Made by a program: the position numbers and the translations under genes. Below, piece after piece: positions 24,861 to 39,700 of a stretch of 64,000 bases of DNA (within the stretch, counting starts at the first letter, position 1; each line of letters begins with the position of its first letter). Under the pieces are notes generated by a model. That model searched no databases. It saw nothing but the letters and a program-made list of their open reading frames with translations, and was not told the DNA's origin. This DNA comes from Paraphysomonas bandaiensis (lineage: Eukaryota; Protista; Chrysophyceae), in NCBI GenBank assembly GCA_965644295.1, contig CBFFRP010000298.1:496001-560000 (forward strand). The letters are read 5' to 3'.

Positions 24861-27800
24861 ATGACTATTATCGCTCTCTTGTACCTCTCCGTACTTCACA
24901 GTGCATTATCTACACCTTCACCGTCATGTTGTCCTCCAGGATTCTTTATATCTTTAAATGGTACTCGATGTTATCAACTTATTCGTTTACCTGTGAATTG
25001 GACGATTGCTAAATAACTTGCGAATTAATGGGTGGATATCTCGTTAATATTGGGGACGAGTTGGAGCAAAATGATTTATTTGATACTTATAAAAATTTAG
25101 ATGGTTGCCTTGACAAATTTTTTATTGGTTTGAGCGATAGTGAAACGGAAGGTGTATTTAAGTGGACAGATAATTCTCTTCCGTACAGTATGGACTGGAT
25201 TTCAAATCAAAATAATGATGATCGAAATTGCGTATATATGCACCACACGAATAACAAGTGGAAACATATCAAGTGTAATGAAGAATTAAACTTCTTGTGT
25301 GAAGTAGATCCTGTTTCATGTGACATTGACTATTTTAATGTTTGTCCTCCTGGCTTTGAAGAGTCGTTTGATCGCATGCAATGCTACAACTTTAGTGTTG
25401 ATGACTCGGATTTCTTCCTAGGACATGCTCAAGCGAATGATGCATGCGTAAACATGGGAGGATATTTAGTGTCTGTAAACGATTTTACTGAGCAATACGC
25501 GCTCGATATAGCTATAAGTGAGGAGCATAAGGGCTGTATCCCACCAAAACGACATATCGGGTTAACGAAGAGCCTTCTTACCGGTGGCTGGTCTTGGGAA
25601 GATGGGTCTGGTGTGTCAAGGTATTATAATTGGGGGGGAAACTCTTATAACGATCCATCGAAAGGGTGTGCACTGATTAACACTGATTTGTATTGGGATG
25701 ATGTATTGTGTCATGAAAGTGAGGCATATATATGCGAGGCTGATATGCTTCTATTTCCCACAGCTATACCAACAGTATATCCGAGTGAGGGGCCTAGTTA
25801 TCTATTAAGTAACCTCCGGAGCAGCACTCCAAGTGCGGAGCCTAGTTCAGTTCCCAGTGGCATCCCGAGTAATACTCCCAGAGCAGCTCCCAGTAGCCTA
25901 CCGAGCGGTGATCCCAGTGTTTTACCTAGTGGCTATATCAGTGGTATTCCTAGTGTTACACAGAGTGGCAATCCAATTGGTACTCCTATTTCTGTGCCCA
26001 GTGACTATCCAAGTTTTAAATCAGTGCCAGATTTGGATTATGAGGTTTTATATAAGAATATCACGTCCACCCGGGATAAAGTGTCTGTCAGTGCTGCGCT
26101 GTCACTTATGGGTTACTTGGGGTGTGCACTCTACGCAGAATACGATTCTCCGTCGTCTGTTAATGAACTGGTATGGAAAGCGAGAATATCTGAAAGTAAA
26201 GGCATATATCCTTATTTGCAGTTTACAATGCTTGCACCTTCAACAACCTATTCACTGTTTTGCATTGTTCTCGATGAAAACTATCATGCTACATCATCAC
26301 TCGAGGATGTGTTATCTTTTCGTGTGCCAGTAAAAACCATGTGCTGTATCCCTGTTTACGTCGTTGTGGAAAAAAAAACTGTGCTGTCAGAATCATCGAG
26401 TTTAAATATTTTGCACTTGTTGCCTACTAATGAGATTAGAGGAGAACTGTCTGTAGACTTTTTAACTTTTTACTCTGAGAGCATCAACACAACTACAGTT
26501 TCAGTGAATCCCTTTCTTCCTTCGTTATTGAAATTGACATCAACATCGGGAACAATGTCAACATCTCTCCCTAAAAACTTGCCACTTGGACTTTATGCCT
26601 TGAACTTCCGTCTCATCGGGGCGAATGCTTTAGACTATGAGTTCGTATACGCAGAAAATATGAGAGTCTTGAATGTTGTATCCGATTACATACCGGATGC
26701 TCCCGAGATGACTAGTGTATTCTTTTCTAACAATGGTGCACATATAGCTATTTCATTTAACATGGTGACTAATCAGGCAGGGCTTCCTCCTTTATTTCCA
26801 TGTAGTAATATGTTTTCTTTCACCAATATTAGTGGTGTGCTATGTCAATGGATAACTTCGTCGGTAGTCCACATACCGTCATACTCTGCGATGAGCGTTG
26901 GTGTAGGTGATAATATCACTCTTTTGGGAGGTAGTTTGAGGGCTGCATGTGAAAGTGAGTATCTGGAAAGTGCATGTTTATTGTGGCCTAATGCAACTTC
27001 TGCGACTGTAACTGTCCGTTCCCCCATTTCACCGGAAATTCCTGAAGTATGGATATCCTCCCCGAGTAGTATAGGTCCATGTGGAGACTTTGTATTTGAC
27101 CTTTCATCCTCCACTGGCAGCGGAGGCCGTACTTGGAAATTTGTAGACATTCTAGTCTCCGCTTTAGACAACGCAACTGACACTCGCCCTTTGCAGCATT
27201 TTTTTAACAGTGTATACAATGTTGATGCGCTGACTCCTGCAGAGCCCCATCTTTTGAAGGAGAATAATACCTACATCATTGCTGTTGCGCTGTGTAATTT
27301 TTTGGATGCTTGTAGTACTACAACGAGTCACACACTGACTGTTGCCTCACGCCATGTTCCCATCGTGTCTATACGTGGTAGTCAGAGACGGTCTGTGAAG
27401 CAGTGCCAGTCATTGAAGCTATATGCCAATTCCTACACTCAATCGTGCGACTCAAGGATGTCGTCAAGCAATATGATATTTACGTGGGAAGTTTACGACA
27501 ACAACTTTACCGCTCTAGCACTATTTTCTATTGCACGGACTCAGTCTACGTTTCATCTACCCCCACACGCGTTCCCTGTAGTCGGGTTATACTCGGTTCA
27601 CCTCAGTGTGCTACATACTGTATCGGGTCTGACGTCATCCACATCTGTGAAAGTGGCCGTGGAATACGGTGACATTATTGCAGCTGTAAATGGAGGTCAG
27701 TTTCAGTCCATACTTTTTGGCAGCTATCTCTCGTTAGATGCATCAAACAGCTATGATGAAGATGTTCCCCTACTCAGAGGGGAACTTGCTGGACTGCGGT

Positions 27801-30800
27801 TTTTGTGGAGCTGTCATCTTGTAGAACCAGTGGACCCGCTATCGTGCGGGGTAGCTCTGTCGTCAACAAATAATCAAACAACTATTGTTTGGGCCAATAG
27901 CAGTGCTTTTATAAATACAACATCTAGGATTAACCTATTAGTGCGTGGAGAATTAACAGGTGTATCAGAAGTTACCGTGTATGTAAGAGTTCTTCCCCCC
28001 GAGCTTCCTCAATTAAGCATTCTATCTGCGGATCTCACGAAAGTTTCTAGTAATAAATTAAAGCTCGAAGCAGCTGTGAAGTTATATCACAGGGGGATCG
28101 TTAGGTGGTCAGTCAACTGCTCTGCTGTGAATTTTAGTGTTGCGTCCGCTAAGCCTGTGATATCAGTTCTCCCTAAGGGGTTGCATTATTTGAGTTTGGT
28201 GTTAGGAAAAAATACCCTCCCTCCTGCCACTTGGCTCGCCTTCACTCTCTCAAGTGGGTTGGCTTACTCGAGTGTTTCAGTAAAAGTTGCTGGGGCTCCA
28301 GTGCGTGGTGAACTTTCTGTTTCTCCAAATACTGGTATTGCGCTCGATCAAGTCTTCACACTCTCTGCCTCTAAGTTTACCGATTCTGAGTTACCACTGA
28401 CTTATATTTTTGGGTATCTAACAGAGTCAGAATCTGTAATGACAATTCAGACAAAATCAGAGTCTACTACTGCCAGTAGTATTTTACCTCAAGGCACGGA
28501 GTCTTCTGAATTCGGTGTACCATGCGTGGCCCGTGTTTTCAATATCCTGGATGCTTATACCGATGTTACTGTGAGTGTTACTGTAAGAAGAAGCGTTAAA
28601 AGTGCAAAGGAATTGCAAAACTTTGTGGCAAGTAGTCTGACTGAGAGTAGCTATTTTACTAATACGGATCAGACGAAACAGGCGATTGCTTGGGGAGTGA
28701 TGACGCTCAATACCCCCAAATGCTCTGTGAATTGTACGGCACTGAACAGACGAAGTTGTTTCTATGTGGCTAATGTGTGTGGAAAATGTAGAGATGGTTT
28801 TATTGGTGACGAATCAGCTCCTGATACTACATGTATAGCTTTCTCTTCGTTTGAATATGGAAGGGGAATATCAGGATGTTATCTCGACAGCGACTGCAGT
28901 ACTTTTGAGGTGTGCTTAAATGGAATATGTGTCGGACTAAACAAAACGTGCCCATTGGAATGCTCAAGAAGAGGACTTTGTTCTAGAGTTGACACGTTTT
29001 CGAAGGAATTACGGGATGTATGTTTTGTCGGTGACACCTCATGTGTTTCTCTGTGTATATGTGAGATGGGATATATGGGGGTCGGGTGCGAACACACTAC
29101 GAGCGACATGGACACTATTCAGCAGACAAGGACCATAATGATAGAGTCATTGGTCACATTGATATCTCGAGATGATGTATCAGAAGAAGTTTTGAAAAGT
29201 ATGATAGACTTAGTTTACGAACTCGGGCGCAGTCAATTTGAGTTAACTCATTATTCGTGCGACTTACTACTTCGTGTAATGCATACAGTGCTCCATTCAT
29301 CAATGGACCTACACCTCAGCTATGACGTGTACCTAAAGCTTCCATCTCTACTCAGCAATTGTATTGCTGTGTATAGTATATCGGAGAATAATATAAGCAA
29401 TCAGCACAAAATAAGAGATTCTACTGACCATTTAGACCAACTTACAACGCATGTGTTTCGCGACTTAACGATCGGAGAAAATCCTGTCGCCATTATTGAG
29501 GGAAGCTTTCGCCGAAGCATCAGCGTAGCAGCGTCGTCAAGTCATGGTGAGTTGAAAGTGTCTTCCCCACATTCGGCAGTCGAGATTATGAATAGGGTCC
29601 CAGCCTCATATGTTTCGTTTAATCGTAGTGGAGAAGGCAACCTCAATATAGAAGTCGCTCTTACCGAATTTAGTTTATTTATTTATCCAAACTCATCGAG
29701 CTTTGTTTCCTATCCCCTGAAGTTGAGTGTGTCTAACTCAAGGGCTATCCGCGGTCCAGTCATTTTTAACTTCACTGTACAGCGGGATATTAAGTTTTCC
29801 GATGCTATAAGAGAAAATAAAACGTTTACTACAAACTGTGGTGCCGAAGATAAGGGCGTGGCTTACAGCTACTCGTGTCCCGGTGGATATCTCGTAAACC
29901 ACACATGCGATGGTGCCATTACTATCCTTTCTACAAAGTGTCCAGTTCAGGGGATTGTGCCATTATGTAGTGTTTTGATTAACGGTGAGATGGAAATAAA
30001 CACACTCTGCCGTGTGAGCTCCTACTCATCACGAAACGTCGTATGCATCTGCGGAGATGGGCCTACAAGAAGGCATCTTCAATCTATTTTCACGGAAAGC
30101 ACAAGTATTGAAGTGCTGGCTATGTCACACTACATAGGATATAATTTTGTCGACACCATATATGAAGCTGATGATTTCGCAGTGGAAGACCTAAAGAGCT
30201 CTATTGCAGTTCTGTTGATGTTTGGCGCTATGGTATGCTTTACCATTATCGTGGTTGTAATGTAATATAAATGTTACTGTTGTAGTGGCTGTCGGTTCAA
30301 TTCGTAGTTGTTGTCATATCTATATTCGACAACCGGAAGTCGACCCCAAGCAACACAATGACAACTACAACGAACAAGGAAGCAATTCGTAGATCCGCCG
30401 GAGGGCGTGCGAAGTCTCCTGTGAGTAGTTCACCAGATGTCCTGAAGAAATACTTAATGGAACATTTTCATTCTCTCTTTCCACTTATATTTCGACCCGA
30501 TGGAGTCTCCTGGAGAGTGTTGTATGATGAAATCAAAAAACACCACCGATATGTTGTGGTGAGAGTTCTCCTGGTGATGTTATATAAACTAGAGTAAAAG
30601 TGGTTGCTTTATTTAGATATTTGCAGCGTCAGGCCCAGACTCGGATAGTGTGCGCTTGAGAGTTGCGATTCAAATGCTCACTGTGCAGAGCATGTAAGTA
30701 TCTGTTTGTAACACCATATAATTTGATTTGTTTTATCTTCAGGCTTATGTTCTTATTAGTCAATTTCTATGACCTTCAGGTTTGTATTGCATAGTTGACA

Positions 30801-33800
30801 TCTAAATTACTAATATTGTGAACATTTAATAGTATCCAGTCGATGATGGCTCGTGCGTGTTATTTACGAGTGAACATGAGTGCACTCGTGACCGGTCCAT
30901 GTTTGATAGTGATGTCAAAAAATGTACATGGATAAGTGATGAGTCTAATAGCTTTTGTGAATACAAAGAGGTTGAGCTAACTCTCTCGGTGCGTGCATCA
31001 GTTGCTTAACTATATACAGTATCTAAATTATTGTTCGTTTTTCCCAGACTGTTATTGTGATTGGAACGCTTATGGCAATATTTGCTGCACCTATCAACCT
31101 TGTTTTGGGTATGTATTCTCTCCTGTTGCACATATGCTGTAATCATTGTTTTCGCACAGATTGTATTTTTAATCAAATTATTTCTGCTCCAACCGCTGAT
31201 GACGAGAAAGCACTCAAATCTATGGTAGAAACCAAAGACCGAGTTACGAAAAGGCTTAGTCGTGTCGCCAGCAAAACTTATTCGAGTATATTTAATGCCT
31301 CTCAGTTAGAAAATAGTTTTAGATTTGATAATATTCGAAAGTCAATGTTGGTGGAGGAAACAAGGAAAATATCTGTGGCAATTGTTCATTCACATGCCAT
31401 GACCAGTTTAGCTGTCAGGAATGCTAGTACAGTATCTAAGCCAAGCATGGGTTTGGGAATAATTGCAGAGGAGGATAAAGACAATGAGGACAGAATCAGC
31501 GACGAAGTAATTAGGGAGGAGTGTTCTCAATTAGAGTCAAGGAAGTATGGATTCAATGATTTCGTTTCAAAAATGGGTGAACAGCATCGCATGCTGAAGG
31601 GAGAAACAAGGCGACGATTTCAAAGAAGCTGGCTGTAAGCTTTTAAAGTGTAATCTCCATCCCTAACTGAATGTTTTAGATTAGATGAGAAGGGAAATAT
31701 CAAAAAGTTTAAAACCACTGGCGCAGGAAAAACGGTCTCTGTTGAGAAATTTTTGAGAAAAGAAATAGAGAACGTGGAATTGGTAGCCAGAGCAAAGATA
31801 CGAAAACTGAGATGTGCCTCCGATATTCATAGTACGCGAGTATTTAATTTTCTGTGACTTAATTATTTGTCGTTTTGCCGTAGTTGGATTGGAATTGTGT
31901 CATATGTTCATAGTGGACTTCCTTGGAAGGTATCGTACACTCGATAATTGCTACATACGGTATTTAATATATACTTCTTGCGCCACAGAACTACTCCTGA
32001 AGCTCGCATATTTGAGTACAAAACATATGAGGAGTGAGTGTTGTGGTATAACCTCCATCGCTTTACTGGTGTGTGTGTAGATTTGGACATAGTTTTGTGG
32101 TCACAAGATTAACGAAAATGTTGGCATGGTTCATTGTTTTGCTGATAAATTTTTTCTTCATTCTCTTCACTCTGCTGCGTGCTAGTCAACGTGACAAGAC
32201 ATGGCAGTATGGCTACATCATCGCTTGTATTATTCGTAAGTTTAGTAGTGCACCTGATGGGCTGTTCTGATTTTTTTGTGTTATATTCCTCCGATTCGAT
32301 GCAGAAATGATTGTCGAATTGTTTGTGTTCGAGGTATGTGCTGCGATAACTTGTTATCGTTTGTGTTAATAGCGTATCAGACGATGGAGTGCTTGTGGAT
32401 TAACTACTCGGTACCGTTATTGGTAATTACACGACGTTTACTATAGATGCTGTGTGGTGTGATAGAACTGTTTCCCAGAGATATTTGCAACACACTGGTT
32501 ACTATTATTATTACTTGATCTATGACTCTTAGGTTCGTGATGAAGTAATGAAAGCCGTTGGGGAACTGTTCTCCGCAGTGGACTGTTTTGTCAGTAACAC
32601 ACCATCTGACTTAGTTTTAGATGCTCCAGAATTTCTTTTTGTTTCTAACCGAGTAGCCAAAGCATTTCCGCAACTGTTTGAGAGTTCAGTTATTCTTTCA
32701 CATCACACCTGTATGGGTGGACTTATTGTCGACAAGATGGCTTCCGACGTAGAAACGAAATCTAGCGATTTGTACGGACGCATATGCAGTACACTGAGGC
32801 GATGGATGTCGGCTGTTACCTTTGTCGGAATCATGAAATATATCGGCACGCTACCATTATCTGTCCAAAGACTTGTTGGTGAGGTATTGTTGCCATGTGT
32901 CTTTCTTTTAAATTTTTTTCTATTGTGCACAGTTCACACCATACAGCCGGCGTTTATTACGTTAGTTTTGTACGCTGTAACTCTCATGGTTAATACTCCT
33001 TGGGTTACTGTTATTGTAGTTTGTATATTTTTTTATCAAATTGGGATGTATATATTATATGCTCGTCGTAGTCAGAAGAGTGACATATCGCGTATACCAC
33101 TGGTGCAGTCAGAATCATCCGAAATACGAGCTCTCATGAAGTCGAAGCCATCTGGTCACGCTGGAAGAGGGGTCAGTACACATGGAATTGTACCCTCCAC
33201 TCAGCCTAGTCCCCATAAAGAGAGAGACATAGTGTCACAGTTTTCGATTCCTCTTAGCCCCGTCTCGGAGTCAACGAATGGCATTCAATCAAAAGTAAAA
33301 GAGGCCATTCTTGGTGCGAATGACCAAAGTTGTACTGAACATTCTGGGGTTAGAAGGAAGTGTCCGGATTTACAATGTGATAATTGGGAGATAGCGGATA
33401 TGTCGAGTAGAGAATATAATTTTTCTGGAAAAGAACGAGAGTCTGATACTACTTCTCGAGCAGAGACACACCGCCGCAGTACCTTGCACTTTATTCGTTC
33501 ACTACTATTTCTGCCACCAGAAAGCAAGTCATATATGCAGCGCACTACTTCCTCAGAACCAAGTGATAAAAGCAGTCGGTATGTTTCTACCAAAACGAAT
33601 CATCCGTGCACTCTTCAGAAAATAATGGATTTCTCTGAAACTGGATTGGATAGTGAATGTGATGATATATTTGAAAGTGGATTGGATAGCACGGCTACCT
33701 TTCCACAACGTCGAAATAGAGATGACCATAAAGATCCAGATCCGCTATACCCATCCGAAAATACCCGTTTTGCATGGCTGCGAAATATACTGTCGATGAA

Positions 33801-33954
33801 ATCCTTATCTCCACATGTCTCCGAGCGCGAGAGATATCCCGACATGTGGTCCCACGCAACCCCCACTCCAACACAATTGAAAAGATTCTTCAGAGCGGAT
33901 AAAGATACCGGCATTCCTGTACGGCTTGTCCTGCCTTCGAAGAACAAGAGGTGA
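24861..33954 (+). CDS. Polycystin-1/REJ-like multi-pass receptor: signal peptide, 2 C-type lectin domains, PS/PT stalk, REJ/PKD region, EGF-like repeats, GPS-like motif, multi-TM region, cytoplasmic tail; one frameshift at ~25013
   Basis: MTIIALLYLSVLHSALS signal; CTL motifs (FIGLSDSETEGVFKWTD, WDDVLC...YICE); LSLDASNSYDED, LRFLWSC, VSPNTGIAL..FTLSASKF.D.ELPLTYIFGY; ~5.4-kb first exon followed by many short exons with TM helices. Confidence 0.75.
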
Positions 33955-34404
33955 TGATTCATTATATGTCTAGTGTGACGAATACTGGCCCTATATCTAA
34001 GTTTCGTTTTGTTATATATATGTTATATATTTTTCAAAACTTGCATGCATATATATATAACATGACACCCATCCATCGAAATACGGAACACTGTACTGGT
34101 ACAATACTAATTCTCTTCGGTATACCCGTTGCAATATTATTTTGGTCGATATCGGTGAGCAAAAGCCCAACTAATTCAGAATATTGTTATGCCAACTGTT
34201 ATATATTTGTTTAATAGAAACGTTTTTAACGGCGACAGTTCTTGTTCCTCTCGTAATGAATTTTTAATTAGAAGTATATTATGTATAAATGCTATCTTGA
34301 TATATTGTGTCAGAATGTAATTGGAATTTCTTGCCCATCTGTCATTTTTGAGATAGCGTATATTTTAGTGGGGTAGAGGCATCTCTTTGTCTCATGGACT
34401 ATTT

Positions 34405-34793
34405 ATTATCATCAGACTTGCGAAACCATTAATTAGCAATTCATTGGTGAAAAGGTATTCAACAGTAATAATTGCAATTATTACAGTAAACATCCAATTA
34501 TTGGCGTTGTAATTAATTGTAATGAATGTCTTATTATTAGCAATGGGGTTTTAAGAGTCAGCGCATATCTCTTATATCCTACTATTTAATGCTATGAAAG
34601 TTGCTTGTGCGTTACCGCAAGCATCAAGGTGCAACCACTTTTGCTTTATCACGCAGTGAGCAAGAAGAATGTTGATACATACTATATACCTGACATCTGT
34701 TGACTTAAGGTGAACAGCCCGGATGCTTGACATCAGCAGGCAGCCCAATACCCCGGATACCCTTGAGGTGGGCCCATCATCAAAGTTTGACAT
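34405..34793 (-). mobile_element. Dispersed repeat copy C (putative Penelope-like 3' fragment)
   Basis: ORF 34572-34793 ends KQKWLHLDACGNAQATFIALNSRI; shares blocks with A, B, D and E; CTGATGA on the minus strand at 34409-34415. Confidence 0.6.
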
Positions 34794-34918
34794 TGTATGA
34801 GAAGTATTAACTTAACAACAGAAGGTAAACTTTATTGAGTTCTGCTACTTGAGAACAATTGAAAGCTGTAGTTCAAAAATATTTGACTTATGACTGTTAG
34901 TGGAAGAATACAGAAGTG

Positions 34919-35152
34919 GTTAACTGTAATATGAGAACAAGTGCCATGTTAACAATCATAGTAGTGAAATATATTGGGACTAGTAGTAAGCGTACGAGAA
35001 CCCGAGGGGTCTTGACTAATGTGTTTACACTGGGTGAGGTAAACCTCTGTGATGAGGGTATTAACATGTGTAATGAGAGTGACCGTGCGTTAACTGTATT
35101 ATGAGAACTAGTGTCATAATAACAATCATAGCAGTGAAACTGAAATATATTG
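34919..35152. repeat. Imperfect ~60-bp direct repeat, 170-bp spacing
   Basis: GTTAACTGTA.TATGAGAAC.AGTG.CAT..TAACAATCATAG.AGTGAAA at 34919 and 35089. Confidence 0.85.
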
Positions 35153-36752
35153 ACCGTATAAGATCGTGATATCTAATATTGGTAGTTGAGACAACATGTA
35201 TTTGGCGATTGACAAGTGATATTTTGCACATAAGTTTCTTATACGTTGTTATATATTTCTAACATGTAATCTAAGCATGGAGTGAAAGTTTTGTTCAGTT
35301 ACGTCAATTTCCATCAAACTTATACTCAATGCTGAGAATTATAAATTATAATCAATATCTCTTATCATTCACCAATTTCATGTTGTCTCTACTACCACTC
35401 ATTTCTCGTATGATCTTACTTCGTCACTATAACTTGCATCGTCACTATATATTCCGTTTTACCACTATATACTTATCGTCATTCTTTCTCACAGTACGAT
35501 TAACAAGACTACAACTGTATACTACTGTAATTTAAATACCTTATAACTACAGCTTTCAGTTGCTCTCATATAGCAGGACTCAACACCCATTTCCGGGTGC
35601 CTGTTCATTCTTCAGGGCGCAAAGACGTTTACACAAGCATTTCGCTATGAATGAGCCGAAATTATCTGCTGACTATGTATGCGGCTCACGTTTGTCTACC
35701 GGAGAAATATCCCCTGTACGTATTCGCCAGAACACACGAAAATGTGCGAGTCCGACTTTGTTGAGGGTATTAGAATATGGATCTTATTCTAGTATATTCA
35801 GTATGTCACTTGAAGACAATGTACGAGAATACAGTGAAATATAGTGATGTACAAATGCTGTGATGATATTGAGAAACTGAAATAGTTTGATCTTTCAAGA
35901 TATGTTCAGTAACGAGAGGTTCGCATATGTAGGATATTATGCAGGGATTATAATGAGTTAGTGTTGGTTATCACAACTTCGTGTAAACGATATTAATAAA
36001 TCTATCTAGTCTTACGACAAATTCTCTCTGTGATCTAGCTTAAAATGAGCATTTCTCAATAGAGGGTGTAATTGTCGTCAATTTAAAGGTAAAAAATTAG
36101 CGCGCAGAAACATCAAAATTTCAAGGTGTCCTTCAATTGAAACAGATAATGAGTTTGTGTTAGCAGCTTGCTGTGTGTAAATATCGTTGAGACAAGTATA
36201 TATTGCAAGAGGAAAAAATGTCAGCAGATTACAACAAATATATCATGTCGTTTATTGAGAACTCTATCATGTCTCGCTACGAATCCATTTGTGCTATATA
36301 TTTTTGGTAAGTCAATATTGCTGTGGAGAAGTACGTAATTCTTTTAGTATATTTCCCTATTGAAAGAGGTATTTTTTATGCATAAACTACAATATTCTGC
36401 TTCCTATAATTCTAACCGCACATTATTCTAACCGACACACGTGTCATACAAATTCCAAATACAGTCATGCCCAGCCTAAAACTAAGCTATCCTTGTAGAT
36501 AATGCCATCTACATAGCCAACAAACGAAACAGTTGCCACCAGTTAAGCTTTCAATTCTATCAATGAGCATTCACCTGGACAACTACATACCTCGACATAC
36601 ATGAAACGCATCCTAGTATTTCACGTACTTGCAGCCCAAATCTCCTGAATTCCAACATCTCACATTCTGTTGCACTTAGCTAACATGTATTGGGCAATCC
36701 TGCAATACGATGTGAACTTGATAATATAGCCGTTGGAACTACATGTGGTTCT

Positions 36753-39700
36753 TCAGTGTACAAATATGGAAGCGTCTGGATTGGGCAAGAACTCATCCCC
36801 GACAAAAGTGTACGATATCACATGAGACTTTATCCTACATAACAACACGTCATAATACAATCGAGAAGAATGTCATTCCACGCCTACCAGTCACGGACTT
36901 GATTCCGAAGGGCGGGCTGTTCAATACGCTTGACGTGGTCCCTGATGTGGAATGCAGTGTTAAACATGAAGCAAATTGTTTAAATACAGTGCACCAACAA
37001 GCTACCTGTACATATCGTTGGATATAATATATCCCCCTCTTTGTTTCGCATAGTTAATACAATACGAGTCATCGTAGTCTTGGGACGGAGTGCCAACAAC
37101 AAATCCCTGTGCAACCAGCTGTTGAAGAACATGTACATCGTCAGGAATCTGAGCCGCCCTCACCTGCGGCGCAACATATATATTATACGAAAACCTTTTA
37201 TAACAAAGTTATGACGAATCCATCATTATAATAAATTGCATGCTTTTCAACCTTCTCAGAAACTTACATCACCAATCTTGAGATTCGCCAATCGGCGCAA
37301 TTCTCCAACCCTCTCAAAATTCAAGTAGTGATCCTGTAATTTTATGGAAATCTAATCAAAAGTTATTTAATTGACAATGGCTATCTATTACCGGGAGAAA
37401 AGCTATTACCCTGTGACCCGCTGCATGAAAAAAGTCTAATGCCAGCTTGATTCCTCGACACGAGAATTTCGCGTTGATTCCATGCCTCATTGCAACATTG
37501 GGAGCATCAATTACTATTAAAGGAAGCTCGCCGTCTTTTGCTTTGGCTGTAGGAGGACCGTACGCAGAAGGATAGTTCTTTTTTTTATTTGGTTTGCGAG
37601 GTGGATGCACGGGTGTGACAGCAGGGGGATTAAGCGCAGTCTTATCAGCAACACGAATAAGACCGCCACTTACGGCACCAGGATATTTTAGAGCTCCCTT
37701 TTCCTTACTTTCTTCACTATCAAGTGTCGACTGTTTTCTGTTAGTAGCATCGTCAGTGATCGGCTCTTTCACTGATACATCATCGTGGTCAGATTCAAGA
37801 GCAACACTCTCTGGATAAGGCTTGCCCTTCCCTTTTAAAAGGGCCGCACATCTAGCTGCCAGAAGATCTCGAGCAGAAGGTGGGTCATCTGACAGCGCAT
37901 TCCCATCCATATGAACATCGCTATGATCTTCATTGACGTCATTCTTTTCTTGTGGCTCCAAACTTATTGCCACTGAATTCAATGATGTACTACAGTTACT
38001 TCCACATTGTTGGTCATGGTCGTCGTGGTCTCGCGTTTGGTCTTCTACACTTGCAACGCTTTCCCTTTGATTCAATAACAATCCGCGTAAGAATTCGTCT
38101 TCATTTAAAACAACCGATTTCTTATTTCTTTGTACACCACTAGAGCAATAACCCGCCGACCTCGCTGTCTGAGAGGATTTGTAAACGATAACTGTTAACA
38201 GCTTCTTTCCGTCTACTCCTGTTACACTGGCGAAATCTGCTGACGGTAATACTGGCAGCCGATTGGATTGGAAACGTATGCCATCTTCTCCCCCTAGAAT
38301 CAGTGGTTTCGTACATAACTCTCTCGCAATTGTTGAACATCTGGAGGCACAAACTATAATCCACATCGGGTCATAGTAAGGAATCGAATGGGAAGCCGTC
38401 TCTTCATAAGTACCAATATCTCGACAAAGACGAGAAAACTCTTTCAACCTTCTGCTATATATGTTTTCAAGAGGGCGGAACCCAATCAAACTGTGATCTT
38501 CTTCAACCATACACTTAAATGGGTGTATCATAATATCATCAGACTCAAACTTTAAATCAGAGGGTGAATCATCACTACGAGTCAACTGCAACTTAATATT
38601 TGAATTGCACGCTGGTAACGCACTTAAATACGCAGGAAGTTCGCCTTCCATCTGTTCCCAAGCGGATTTGTCGATTATTGATAGCACCTGGTATTCAGGA
38701 TGGCTAGAAAGCCATTCCAAAAATATACTAACACACCTACAAGTGGCGACAAGCCTAGTGGCAGCGCTGTCACTCTCAGATAAAGCAGCAATTCCGCCAA
38801 CTCCAACTCCCTCAGAACTTATTAAAGTGCCTACCAGCCCAAGAAGGAGGCGGGACAGATCAACAAGGCCAGGTATAGACTGTATTTTGTGGATTGATTG
38901 GGCATTGTAACGCTTTTCATATGCGAGCTTTTCCTCCACACTAAGTTGCGATGGGTCAATATCTCCATAGCACTCACTCCAACTAATAGAGTGATACAAA
39001 TCATACAGGTGGTGCTTTTCAGACACAGATGTAAGGAGGGACAGTACAATCATCATCGCCTTGCAGATATCCTCGTCTAAGGAGTGGGGGAGTCTAAGCT
39101 GCTCTCTTCTCACTTGCAACTGCTCATCACTGACACACAACGAAACACGTGATCCATTTTCAAATGCTTTTTGATCGTAATGCTGAAAATCCCCCTTGGA
39201 ACCTCTACCACTACCATTCTTTTGAATCGTTTCGACGGATAAAAGCTGGAGCATTGTGCTCATATGGCGGCGGCATTTCTCCATATGAAAAGGAAATCGG
39301 TCCACCCCAGCTCGTGAGTACGCGATTCCAGAAGCGGCAAGAAAGTGACAGCGAAATCTCTCTACATGTTCAGATATAGATAGACCGGACAATGCTGTCA
39401 CAGTTCCAAATGAATCAGCAGTGGATCTCTGGGACTCGAATATTTCAAGCATTGCCTCCCGAGCTGGCGGATATGAAATTTCAGCTACCATACCCCTCGA
39501 TAGATAATATGCTGCAGTAAATATATCGCCTACAGATCTCGCCAAGCTAGCTAGAGACCGGTACACAGATCCTTCGAATGGAGCAACATGAGCAGCATGC
39601 TTGTAAAAATCTATTGCAGCCGACCAACTCATTTGACCTGATCCGGACCGATTGGAGACTTCGTACCGTTTTATATCCCCCATTCCAACTAACAGTGAGT

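Noticed and set aside
35585-35620. Hammerhead-like CTGAAGA...GAAA on the minus strand
   Set aside because: No stem III or cleavage triplet and weak stem II
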